Assembly (NCBI GenBank): GCA_001600815.1
Contig: BCKZ01000001.1
Coordinates: 602,613 to 666,612, forward strand
Length of the DNA: 64,000 nucleotides
From: Alloascoidea hylecoeti
Lineage: Eukaryota
Reading direction: 5' to 3'
The stretch's first letter is position 1, and each line of letters begins with the position of its first letter. Both the position numbers and the translations under genes were made by a program. The notes beneath the pieces were generated by a model. The model saw only the letters and a list, made by a program, of their open reading frames with translations. It made no database searches and was not told the origin of the DNA. Below are positions 49,336 through 60,620 of the stretch, one piece after another.

Positions 49336-50916
49336 TTATATTTTTCTTCTCTTTGATGAATGTAAATCATCTGATTCATCAAGTTCTATTATGGAAGATT
49401 GATTAGGATCTTGAAATTGAGAATTAGTAGATCCTAATAAAGCATCAATTTGTTGTGACATTGTTAAATTTGAATGTGACAAAGGTGAATTTAAAGAATG
49501 TGATAGTTGTTGATTGTCTAGGGAAGGGCTTTGAACTTTTGGGGAATTAAGATATGGGAACATCTGCCAATGATCGTTAAAATCAATGGCTTTTTGGGGT
49601 GTTTCCATGTCAGAGAAACTGTTTAATGATAATAATGGTGGAAATGTTGTTGCTGCTGCTGTTGTTGAATTTGATGTTGTTGGTGTGTTTAATAAATTTA
49701 GATCATCAATATCAGTTAATTTTGAATCATTTAACCAATTTTTATTATTATCATTATTAATTGATTCAATGGAATTTGGCGAAGAAGTATTTGATTTTCT
49801 AGGAGTTGAATCTGAAGATGTATTTAGTAAACTATCATCCGGAATTGTAGGAGTTTGAGGACTGATCATATTGGATCTTCTTATGATTAATTGTAAAGCT
49901 TCCTGTGCATTTTTATCAAGTGACTGATTATTATTAGGAGTATAACCTCCATTGGAATTTGAATGAGATGGAGAAGAGGAAGCTAATAGCCCAGCATCCC
50001 TAACCAATTGATCAATATGCCTATTTGCACCAGTCATCCCTGCGCCCAAATGACCTGATCTGTAAACAGAAGCCAAAAAAGTAAGTATTTTGTTTAAAGT
50101 ATCGGCATGTTCATTATGCTGCTTTCTTGAACGTTGATATTCATCTTTAAGAGAATCATTATTTTTTCTGATTGAATGCATAGCATCGTGAATTAATTTT
50201 TGATTTGATTGGATTGTTTTTAATTCATTTGTTACTCTTCTTAACGTTTGACTTTCAATTTTTGGTTTATTGTTGTTATTATGAGTACTAGCTTCATCTT
50301 TTGAGATTTGTCCGGTAATAGCCATTGAATTTTTAAAATCAAATAGAGCATTATTATTATTATTGTTGCTGTTGTTGTTATTGCTATTATTTTCCATTTT
50401 TTGCTTTTTATTCCTTACGATACAATCCAATAAATCATCTCTTCCTCTTAAAAAAAATGGAGATTCAAATTCCCAATATTCTTGATTTGGAGGGTTAGCA
50501 AACGAGTTATTATTGTTATTATGATTTGATTGTTGATTCCCACTATGTATTTTTTTATAGCCATACATATTCAGCTGTCTAACAAAAGATGTGAAATTAC
50601 TATGTTTGAAATAATTTGGAAGAACATGTTTTTCAAATAATTCTCTTTTAACAATTCGGAAACTTTTGCCGTCAGGAGCCCAAAATATTAAATTTTCATG
50701 GGCTTGGTTATTTACCATTGCCCATAGTTTTATAACAAAAGTTGGCCGGCTTTTTACTTTTATCTGTGTTGGATTATAATTTTTGGAAGAATCAGTAGTC
50801 ATTGGTAAGGATGTTGAAGCTGATGATGGGGTTTGTGTTGAAAGGTCGGAGATATCATCGGCATCTAAGTCTTCAATTTTAGAGAAGGTGAAATCTTCTA
50901 ATCCTTGCTGACTCAT
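49336..50916 (-). CDS. Heat-shock transcription factor (HSF DNA-binding domain plus trimerisation coiled coil)
   Basis: FVIKLWAMV, LPNYFKHSNFTSFVRQLNMYG, WEF..PFFLRG, heptad region ending ILTFLASVY; Asn-rich linkers. Confidence 0.88.
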   Translation of the reverse strand: MSQQGLEDFTFSKIEDLDADDISDLSTQTPSSASTSLPMTTDSSKNYNPTQIKVKSRPTFVIKLWAMVNNQAHENLIFWAPDGKSFRIVKRELFEKHVLPNYFKHSNFTSFVRQLNMYGYKKIHSGNQQSNHNNNNNSFANPPNQEYWEFESPFFLRGRDDLLDCIVRNKKQKMENNSNNNNSNNNNNNALFDFKNSMAITGQISKDEASTHNNNNKPKIESQTLRRVTNELKTIQSNQKLIHDAMHSIRKNNDSLKDEYQRSRKQHNEHADTLNKILTFLASVYRSGHLGAGMTGANRHIDQLVRDAGLLASSSPSHSNSNGGYTPNNNQSLDKNAQEALQLIIRRSNMISPQTPTIPDDSLLNTSSDSTPRKSNTSSPNSIESINNDNNKNWLNDSKLTDIDDLNLLNTPTTSNSTTAAATTFPPLLSLNSFSDMETPQKAIDFNDHWQMFPYLNSPKVQSPSLDNQQLSHSLNSPLSHSNLTMSQQIDALLGSTNSQFQDPNQSSIIELDESDDLHSSKRRKI

Positions 50917-51483
50917 TGTTTGATTTTTAGAATTGCTAGTTTTATTTCTATATTGCCCAGCTGTGAAAAGGCAGTATAGTGCTGGAAATGTGGTAGGAAA
51001 TGGTATTGTGGGTTGGTTTGCGCGTGTAAAGAGTGTTGGAATTTAAATAAAATTTTAGCGTTGATGTTTGATGTGAAATGAAACGTCTTCTAAAATACTT
51101 CCTCTATGCCAACCTTCACACCTACGTGGTGCCATTTCACCCTTCACATGCCATGCCATTCTCATTTCCTTTGTGCTATGTAGGGGACTCGACCCCGGGT
51201 GAATGCGTACGAAACTTCCGGTACAGCCTCTAGCTTTTATCCGCCATTTTGAGTGGATAAAGATTTCACCCTGTATAATCAAATATACCCATCAAGGATT
51301 AATTTTAAAATAAGGTTCACGACATCTTAGATCAATAACATTAATAAATCTGTTTAAATTTTAATAAATAACTATGGATAAATAAATCGATGTATAACTG
51401 AATAACTGTAAATAAATAACTATAAATAATAATAAATAAATAAATAATGGTACAGGCTTGGGCTCACACTCCGATTAACGTTA

Positions 51484-52707
51484 TTATACAGAATAACGAT
51501 ATGAATAGGATTGTTCTTCAGCCAGTGTTATTTCTCTTCCTTTAAGACTTAATTCAGCTTCTCTAACCAATTCTCTTAAAAAGATATAATCTCTTTTCTT
51601 ACCTAAAAAGCTGAGACTTTGTTTCCCAACTGTAACATGAGGATAACTCCCGATCTTAATATTTCTACCTGATTTTCGAACTTTTTCTTGTAATGAATCG
51701 AGAAACGCTGATATCTGTAATTCATTTAACATTGTTGTAACAAAGAATCGAATATGTTTATTATCATCAGCGATACAGGGTTCAATATGAGGGCTAAGTG
51801 CATTTAATAATGTCTGAAAGAGCTGGGGGATCCCCGGTAAAACAAAAAGTTTTTGATATACACCTACCACTGGAACCCAGGTTTGATTATTTCTATAGAT
51901 GTGTGTATTTGGTCCAGAAGGTAAGGTGGCCATTCTTATACGACATACTCGATCTTTTTCCGTTTCGAGACTTGTATTGATACCGAATGCCGTGGCCATC
52001 CGAGTATCGGTCTCCACATCATATAACAATGGTAGCTGAAAAGCTTTTGCGACTGATGCATTTTGTTATGTTAGCGATATATTTCAAACTTTAATTGTAT
52101 AATTAGTTATAATTACTTACTCGATCCATAAGTGATATCATCTGGAGTAGGTCCAAGCCCTAGAAGTGATGTAATCAAAGATTAGTACATATGAAACACA
52201 AAAAATAAATATTTATAAATTACCTACCACCAGATGTTACAACCATATCGAAATTTTTAGACATCCTCCGCGTTGAATCAATGATTTGACTTTCATTATC
52301 TCCAATAATTTCGACTCCTTTTAAGTCAATCCCCATTTTGAAACAATAGTTTGAAAAAAATAAAGAATTACTATCTTTAATTTTACCATTTAGTACTTCA
52401 TCACCAATAATCTAAAAAAGGGAAAAGAGACACAGTGATTAGTATTAGAAGTTCAAGGTTCAATATATCATAAAAAAAGACACGCCACTTAATTATATAA
52501 GGGAGTGTGGAGAGCAGATACGAGCTTAGGGCATCCGGAACCTGTGAAGCTTATCCTTGATATAGAAGTAACACTTACCAAGCACCCAGCAGTTCTAATA
52601 GGGTGAAGAGGACTAACAAGACCACCAAGTGATGATAGATCTCTTTTTATTATTCCTCGACAGGATCGAGAGGCTGAACGGAAATTGGTTGGTTTTACTG
52701 CAATCAT
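51484..52707 (-). CDS. Molybdopterin-binding/CinA-like domain protein (Fpy1/YMR178W-like FAD diphosphatase); exons 52707-52579, 52411-52228, 52159-52121, 52052-51484
   Basis: Three GT-AG introns give TAGCL|IIGDEVLNGKIKDSNS...VTSG|GLGPTPDDITYGS|IAKAF...RMATLP...LPGIPQLF...IGSYP, with an Arg/Ser-rich presequence-like N-terminus. Confidence 0.85.
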
Positions 52708-54389
52708 TTGAAGCTTAAAGCAATTGGAAGACGTTTGATGCTTATGTCAGTGACAGTATTGAAGTTTACGGAGGTTAGTAAACTTTTATTATGATGTATA
52801 AAGATTGGGAAAAAGAGTGGAAAAAAGAAGGATACAGAGATATATTTATACGTTGCAAAGGAGTTCGGAATTTCTTAATGATGAATGTCAATAATAATAA
52901 AATAAACAAGTATATTTTGATATCTAAATGCTCCCCATACAGCATTGCATACCGTATCCTTGAATTCGCTACTGAAAGTAGTAAATATGCATTTTAACGA
53001 ATGAAGCCGGTGTTCGGGTATGAAAATGTTACAACTGATTGGTAAGTGCGGGCCAATTATGATGCAACGGAGAAGATCTTTGCTGACAAGTATTGCCCCT
53101 TTTAGTACATACACATATGTCAATCAATTACCTAATAAAATGCATTATTTGTAGCCTTGCAAGCTTACTAGGTCATTTCCGACTTCAAATTTATAAGCTA
53201 CGTTCAATTCTATTACTAATTGCAATAAACTTACTGATTATTGATTATTGCAATGGGTGATAACGTATACTTTGTTTCATATCAGGCGATGATGGTATCG
53301 ATCTAATCTGGGCTGAAAGATCGATTCCATTGTATATCCTATTTATAGTTATAATCAGAAACCTCCGGATAAATACATCTAACTTACACCTAAGCCTAGT
53401 AAGCCAACAGAACAAAACAAAATAAAACTAGTTGCAGTTTCAATTGCAATATAATTATTATCAAATGATGTACAGATAGTTTAAAATCAAGAATCCTCCC
53501 ATTTTAGTACAAGCGCTAGCTATTCTCCAATTATAAAACCGCTATATTCATTCAATAATCGTATCATAATGAAATTTAAAGTTAATCGGCCGGCTAATTG
53601 TAAGAATCCTAAACAAAGGATATATAATTAATATTAATACAACTATCATGCACACTATCTCATTCCAATTCCAATCGATCGAACCACTTTTTGTATAATC
53701 TATGATGGAATGAAAAACCTTAGTTGCTATTATAGGGGAGACGGATTTACTACAATAAGTAAAAACTATGCATATGTAATACGGTGAGGATCTGACGCTT
53801 AACGGAAGTTGAGGTTGAGGATCTATTGAGGTAAATATAAACAAATAAATACTAGCTAGGTGAGGGTAACCGACCTCACAAAAACTAGAAAAAGAGCAAT
53901 AGAACTGATTATTTAATGAAGTTAAATACAAATAAGATAATTATATATAAGACAAAAATGAATATAAAAATTTAGTAATAACTGTGAAATCAAAAGAGTA
54001 AATATATATATATAAAACAAAACAACATTTTTTGATAATTTTTCTCCAAACACAAGAAAAGAAAAAATGAAAAAGAAAGAAATTAGAACTTATGTAACTT
54101 GTTAAAACTTAACCAATTCATTAAAAACATTTATATAAAAAAACTTAAGAGTATTGCAAATGAGAAATGCTGATTATTTAATTATGCCAAATTTAAATCA
54201 TTATTTTGTTATAGTAGGAGAATTAATTATGAGTATTAAAAAGAATATTTTTTTTTTAATTTTTTTTTCTTCACTACTATAATGCTAGAAAAAAAGAAAT
54301 CCTAAAAATATGAATATTGTAAATTAAGAGTATGCTTAAACCAAAACCCTTAAAGCTCAAAATCATATACCATCATCGTTTGATAAGAA

Positions 54390-56414
54390 TTAAAATTCAG
54401 GCTTCTTCGAAGATGTTGTTCCAGACGCCAATAATGTATTTGTAAAATCAATGCCATGTCTTGGATTACCAATTTTAGAATTCTTAGTAGTAGTACCACT
54501 AAAAGTATGAGATCTATATGTTGGAGATACGATTGGCGATACCGTATAAAAAAGATTTCCAGTTGGCGTAACTGGTTTTAATGCGGGGGTTGATCTCGTA
54601 CTCGAAACAGAAAGTAAACTCTGATGTTTATTATCATCAGCTGTCATATCAACTTCTTTTTCAATGGTGTTATTTTTAAATCCTCCAGATACCATATTTT
54701 TAAATGTACTTTGAAATGTTTCTAATGGACTACTGAAATGTTTCTTATGTGCATCTAATAACGTTTTCGGAGGAGCTTGTAAATTTAATGATGAATGTGG
54801 TTTGTTGATTCTTTCAAAATATTTTAAATCTTCTTCTGCTTCTCTTAATTTTGATTTTAATTCAAGTATACGATTCTGCTTCTCGTGTAATTTCGTATAG
54901 TAATCCCTATTTGAAATGTTATTAATAATATTGTTATTATCACTAATGCTACAATTGTCGTTACTGATATTATTGTCGTTATTGCTATCATTTCTTGTTT
55001 CATTGTCATCAACAAATGTGAGATCTGTGCCTGTTGTATCAGTGGAACATGTTGAAAATAATCTTCCACTACCACTACCAAAACTATCATTACTTTTTTG
55101 ACTTCCTTTACTGATTATACTCGATCTATCAGTAGTCGATGATGACATTGTACTCATTCGATTAATAAGTGTACGTTGTAAAATACCTTCTGGGCCTACC
55201 GTTGCTCCCGAAATATCATTATTATTAGATATAGCCGATTCTGTTAATGAATCTGGTTGATTTGAGGAATTTTGAAGATCAGAATCTGATAGCACTTTTG
55301 ATATAGTTCGAGAATCTGAATTTAAAGATAAAGAAGATATATTACCTTTTTGTAATATATTCAATTTTGCTAAACCGGATTCTTCATCCAATAACCTTGT
55401 TCTAGATTGTGAAAGTGATCTTAAAGAAAATGTATCACTATCAGTATGTTTATGATTGATATCAACAAATCGTTCTGATGATCTTGATCTATTTTGATTC
55501 TGTATAGGTGGGGATAAGATTGAATTTGAATTTGAAAATGAATAATCATTTGAGTTTGACATTGCTAATGAATTTAATAATAGAGACCTCCTTTTTCTTT
55601 TATCTTCCAATTTTGATTTCGGTTTAGGTGCCATATCTTCTGATTTTGGAATAATAGTTTCTGATGATTCTAATTCATTCTTGTTTTTATCCTCTTCATT
55701 GACCTTGTTTTTGTCCTGATCTTCAACTTTATCTAGATCTTTTATTAACTCAAGTTGATGCTTTTCATTATCGTCATCAACGGCTTCTTCCTCTTCTTCT
55801 TTTGTGCTTGTTAATATAGTCCTATTATTAATTGAGTTTTGTATAGTTATATTTTTACTTTCCGTATCATTAATTGGTTGGTCTTTCTTAGTACCCGTAA
55901 GTTTCGCCTTCGATGGAGGTGGCAAGGATGAAGGAATTGAACTTTTAGAACGTGGTGATTCTACTTTTAAATCCTTGACAGTTTCATTATCATCATGGTT
56001 ATTTATTGATGGTGAAGAATTAACATAAGATATTAACCCAGTTCCACCTATTTCATAATTTCGATCAGGTTGATAATAGTTTATTTGTTGATCCTTTTGC
56101 TGTGGATAATTATGATAACGGCTATTTACATTATTAACTATATTTTCTGGAGTGACCGTTGTAGCCGATGAGGCAGAGTTGCTCCTTTGAGTTGATTTAT
56201 TGTACCTACTATATCGATTGGGCTTTTTAGATTTTTGACTATTGCTACTTGCAATTGATTGTACTTGAGGGGTCACCTGTTGTCGTGCAAGGGGTGAATT
56301 AGTATAATAACCAGCTCTATTATCAGGCACTTGTTGTTGATATTGTTGCTGCTGCTGATTGTAATAATATAAGCTTTCTCGGGATAAAGGAGGTTGGCCA
56401 TAATTTTGATACAT
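54390..56414 (-). CDS. Low-complexity protein of unknown function with one short coiled coil (possibly Tda11/DUF4048-like)
   Basis: 674-aa ATG-initiated ORF; Q/Y/N-rich N-terminus, Ser-rich body, coiled coil KLHEKQNRILELKSKLREAEEDLK. Confidence 0.7.
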   Translation of the reverse strand: MYQNYGQPPLSRESLYYYNQQQQQYQQQVPDNRAGYYTNSPLARQQVTPQVQSIASSNSQKSKKPNRYSRYNKSTQRSNSASSATTVTPENIVNNVNSRYHNYPQQKDQQINYYQPDRNYEIGGTGLISYVNSSPSINNHDDNETVKDLKVESPRSKSSIPSSLPPPSKAKLTGTKKDQPINDTESKNITIQNSINNRTILTSTKEEEEEAVDDDNEKHQLELIKDLDKVEDQDKNKVNEEDKNKNELESSETIIPKSEDMAPKPKSKLEDKRKRRSLLLNSLAMSNSNDYSFSNSNSILSPPIQNQNRSRSSERFVDINHKHTDSDTFSLRSLSQSRTRLLDEESGLAKLNILQKGNISSLSLNSDSRTISKVLSDSDLQNSSNQPDSLTESAISNNNDISGATVGPEGILQRTLINRMSTMSSSTTDRSSIISKGSQKSNDSFGSGSGRLFSTCSTDTTGTDLTFVDDNETRNDSNNDNNISNDNCSISDNNNIINNISNRDYYTKLHEKQNRILELKSKLREAEEDLKYFERINKPHSSLNLQAPPKTLLDAHKKHFSSPLETFQSTFKNMVSGGFKNNTIEKEVDMTADDNKHQSLLSVSSTRSTPALKPVTPTGNLFYTVSPIVSPTYRSHTFSGTTTKNSKIGNPRHGIDFTNTLLASGTTSSKKPEF

Positions 56415-56596
56415 GTTTACGTTTGTTTTGTGGTTGTATTAGAAGAATATGAGACTTTTTGTGATGTGTTTTTGAATTTGCACTGAAGATGAGTCGATGT
56501 CCAGGCTACCAAGAACAGCGAGAAATAACCAAAACTTAATGTAAGGATAAATCCTCTGGGTAGTATATGAATAAATATGATTGAATAAATAAATAT

Positions 56597-56628
56597 ATGA
56601 ATGAATGAATGAATGAATGAATGAATGA
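56597..56628. repeat. (ATGA)n microsatellite
   Basis: atgaatgaatgaatgaatgaatgaatgaatga. Confidence 0.9.
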
Positions 56629-57725
56629 AGGTGGGTCCGTACCGATTAGGAAATAAAACGACAAAGAGCAACCTTAATTGGCCAAGAGTGGTGAGCTTAA
56701 ATTAAACAAACCGCTAGTACACAAAGGGTTTGTTTGGTATACAAGACGTGAAGCTTTGTGTTTCGACTGAAAGGAAAGAAAGAAAAGAAAAATTGGGTTG
56801 GAAAAAAAATTAGTTTGGAAGTCTCAACTTTGTTTTGGAAGTTTTGTTCAGACTGATTAATTTTAATACTGGAGGTTTCTATATTTAGAGACGACGCGAA
56901 CAGTTATACTGGAGACCTCGAACTTCAACACGAACCTAGCTTGAAGGATCTAGATCGTTTGCCCTTTCCAAATATTAATATACGGTCGTTGCAAAAAACA
57001 CCTTCCCGACAAGCTTATGCGCTGCGAAATTCTTGAGCTACCTATATTTATAAGGCGAGTTTGGAATTAGAAACGCCGTCAACTAATATAATGAGGGTTG
57101 CAGCTCAAAAGCCCAAAGTAGAAGCAATTATGCATGGAAAGTTGAAAGAGAAGACATTTCACAAAATAGAATTTAGCTTTTGAACCTTTATAACTAACTC
57201 TCAGCTTTAAACATACTCATACGTGTGGTAATGCAATAAATTGCAATGATGATATACCACTCGTACCAGCTATGGCACTTCTACAAGACTTTTGAGTATT
57301 CGGAGGCTGTTGGAGTTTACTGTATTATAATCATTTTAAGGGTTCCATCCCTGGCTGAAAGCAATAGGATCCATCTCCAATTCATTAATATTACTTCTGA
57401 AGTCTCCACACAATCAATGTTGCAATAAAGTTGAATATCCATAAAAGTTAATCAATAACAACAATATTCATACATCTAAAACCTATGCAGGAAATAAGAC
57501 AATAGCGAGCATCAGCGAGCATCAGCGAGTCATGGAGAAACACCCAGACATAGGCTAGACCTTTTTCCCAACGTTTACTTATAATTAGAGCCTTAAAGAT
57601 TTTGAAATCCTCTGCTAAATTTCAATTAAAGAGAAGCGCTCGGCATTATTTACGCCATTCCCGATGAAAATCCTAAAATAAAATAAAATTTAAGTCTGGT
57701 GTCACGGGATTCTGGAAATTGAACC

Positions 57726-57733
57726 TTACCCGG
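57726..57733 (+). promoter_or_regulatory. Reb1-type site upstream of CSN12
   Basis: TTACCCGG about 60 bp before the ATG at 57790. Confidence 0.55.
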
Positions 57734-57789
57734 ACTCAGCCCGGCTCTTTCCTTTCAACTCTTATTTTTGTCAAAAGATTCTGTATAGA

Positions 57790-59083
57790 ATGGTAAATTT
57801 ACTTAAACAACTTGGTGAAGCATCAAGACGTCAAGATGGGTTGGCGGTCGCAAAGCTTCTATCAATTACACGTCTTGATCTTGAGAATTTTGCCAACTTC
57901 ACAAATGAAGCGACAGTAGAAAGAGACATTAAGAGATATTTAAATGATGAAACATGGGCATCGATTGCAATTGCTTATTGGAGAGTTGCAGTTCAAGTTG
58001 CAAAAATTCAAGATTTACAATCTGCTTATGGTGCACAAAAAGATTTACTGGTTGCTTCAAATAGAGCTGCTGAAAAGATGGATAATTGGATATTACCTGT
58101 TTTATTTCTTATTGCAAAAGAATTGAGATATCTATCTATTTTGGTATGCAATCTTTTCTTTTTCTCTGCAAATGTATCTAAGTATCCTGATTAACATCAA
58201 TTCATTCTAGGCAGATCAACATTCAACAAATACTGCAGGAAACAATGAAGAAAGATTGGAGGAAGCAACACGCGTAATAAATCGATCATTTACAATATGT
58301 TTAAATGATAGAAACCCAAATATGGAACTCAGCCGGAAATGGGGAGTTTACTTCTTTATTGGTGAATTATTCAAAATATATTTCAAATTAGGTAAAAGAT
58401 CATTGGCAAAATCTGTTGTTAAAGTACTTAAATCTGTTACAGTTGATATTCCATTATTAGAACAGTATCCAAAAAGTCATAGTTGCACATTTCTTTATTA
58501 TTATGGTGTATTGCATTTTATTGATGAAGATTACTCAAAAGCAAAGGAAAATTTAGAAAAATGTTTAAATATTTGTCATAAAGATTCAATTAGAAATCAA
58601 GAATTGGTTCTTCTATATCTCATACCAACACGTTTATTACATAATAATACACTTCCTAGTGATAAACTTTGGAAAACATATCCAAGACTGAAATTAATAT
58701 ACAAAGATTTGATAGATTCTATTATAAATAGTGATTTAAAAAAATTTGATGAATTATTTAAACAAAAACAATCATTATTTATTAAAAAATATTTATATTT
58801 ATCAATTGAGAAATTAAGATTTTTAGTTGTTGCAAGATTAGCACAAAAAGTTCACAAAATAGTTGGTTCACCACCAAGAATGCCATTTTCAGACTTTCAA
58901 CTAGGTTTAAAGATTCAAGGTTTTTATTATGAACAAGAAGAAGTTGAATGCTTTCTTACAACAATGATATATAGAGGTTACCTTAAAGGTTATTTATCAA
59001 AAGAATATAAAAAAGTCATATTGAGTAAAACAGATCCTTTCCCAATGTTTAAGACGAAAAGAAAAAACACATCAACCTCTTGA
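57790..59083 (+). CDS. CSN12: PCI-domain protein Csn12/PCID2; exons 57790-58143 and 58211-59083
   Basis: Intron 58144-58210 (GTATGC...TTAAC...TAG, phase 0) joins the two track ORFs. Motifs: NWILPVL, LEEATRVINRSFTICLNDR, SRKWGVY, FKIYFKL, GYLKGYLS...VILSKTDPFP. Confidence 0.9.
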
Positions 59084-59641
59084 ATTCTGTTCAATCATTT
59101 GGCAGTATTAATTATGCTGTAAGAAAGACACGTTATAAAGATATAGCATTTAATGACAAATCATAATGTTGGGGATTATTCATATTTCCTATAGCTAGCT
59201 ATCTATAAACAATTTTGGAACGTTTTAAATTTCGTAACTTTCTAATCTTATTTTACTTTCTCAGGACCCTTCTTCCTTTAAATTTGCTTATCCATATCCA
59301 TAAAGCTTTAGACAGGTTTTATTTCGTTAAAATTCTTAATATTAGAAAATTAGCTAATAATAATGGTACTGATAGAATGGGGCTAGTGTTATTCACATCA
59401 TGTTAATATTGAGTATACTTTCTATGTAAATCTTATAATTATTTTCGTTTCTCAACGTTATACATGTACAGGTACCACTAGTATAAGTTACTGTCCCCAG
59501 AAAAATAGTGATTCCCTTCGACATCCATCCCTCGATTTTTCATTCCTAAAGGATTACGTATATAAATACCAAAATGCGTATTAACTCAAATAAGTTATAG
59601 GTGTAATTGTAATTACATGTACAACGTTGAAGGCGATAAGT

Positions 59642-60230
59642 ATGGGAAACAGTTTTAGGCTCTCCAATTGCAAGATTTCTGAAAAATTCAACAGGTCCTG
59701 CGCTGAAATGTGCATCTTCTTCAGGCGATTAAAAGGCAAACCTCCTCTATTGCGAAGGTCAAAATCTGTGAGAAAAGGTCGATAAATACACATAGGCCCA
59801 CAAGGTATTCGGCACGTTTGACCCTTTCCAGCCGTTAATTGCCGTCGGAAACTACTGCGCAGTAATAACCTCCCGTGCAATATCATATAGTACCCAAATA
59901 TGATCCTGAAAAGTGTCTCACCGTCGAAAATAACCTCCATGCAACATAATTCTCCTAGCATATTCACAAAATTGGTGATATCATGCATATTTTGAAGAGG
60001 AGGGAATTGAAGTGACGACTATAATCTGTATCTGAAGGTGTGAAAAGGAATCATCGACAAAGATGAACCAGCCTTATAAAATTATGAGGAAGCAAAAAAA
60101 AAGAAGATAAATCAACTTCGGAAATACACTGGAAATAGATACCATATCTATAAAATTATACTCCAATATGAATATATCTCGAATGCCGAAAGCACAATAG
60201 ATGGGTATATTGCAGCATTGACAGGTTAAG
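59642..60230 (+). mobile_element. Possible degenerate Tc1/mariner transposase N-terminal relic
   Basis: Stop-interrupted translation LSNCKISEKFNRSCAEMCIFFRR...RKGR*...QGIRHV*, then GIEVTTIICI*R...QPYKIMRKQKKRR*INFG. This resembles Tc1 HTH1, GRP, HTH2 and the KP-L...KK-RL-FA linker. Confidence 0.4.
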
Positions 60231-60446
60231 CCCGCGAATATTAAATTTAATATTCTGTAGATATGGATAATATATCTGAATCGAGCTTCTCTTTAGCTTT
60301 GCTTACCTACAAAGTTTTCTCCTACTTTATTAAAACTTATGTAATCTGTGACTGCATTGATATAATACTCTTCAACAATTATAAATATTAGTGATCAATC
60401 AACAGCGCAGTCGCGTAAGGCCATTTCCCAATTGTGTTACGATATC

Positions 60447-60620
60447 TCATTCTTCTGAAAACCCGAATCGAGAAGTATCATTTAACCTACTGGTTAGGTA
60501 AGACCTTAGAACAATGAAGCTGTTTGCAATCTTGTCACAGGATACATTAGGGTTCAGCTGCGCGTAAACAGTGGCATCATCTAATCTCAAAGGTCGATTT
60601 TGCTTTTCCTGCTTTGAATT
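60447..60620 (-). mobile_element. Possible pogo/Fot1-type transposase N-terminal (psq HTH) fragment
   Basis: RLDDATVYAQLNPNVSCDKIANSFIVLRSYLTSRLN resembles the 'A......P..S.RKAA..F.VPRSTL..RLNG' HTH of fungal pogo transposases; the frame ends immediately after it. Confidence 0.45.

Noticed and set aside
51055..51282. GC-richer patch and 75-aa ORF upstream of the HSF gene, as a possible ncRNA or tRNA
   Set aside because: There are no tRNA A/B boxes or cloverleaf and the start is not ATG. It is consistent with ordinary promoter sequence.
57504..57529. Tandem AGCGAGCATC x2.6
   Set aside because: It is too short and has no spacers; a simple slippage duplication, not an array.
59581..59988. 135-aa minus-strand ORF
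   Set aside because: It has no recognisable domain and is more plausibly the antisense shadow of the decayed plus-strand Tc1-like sequence.
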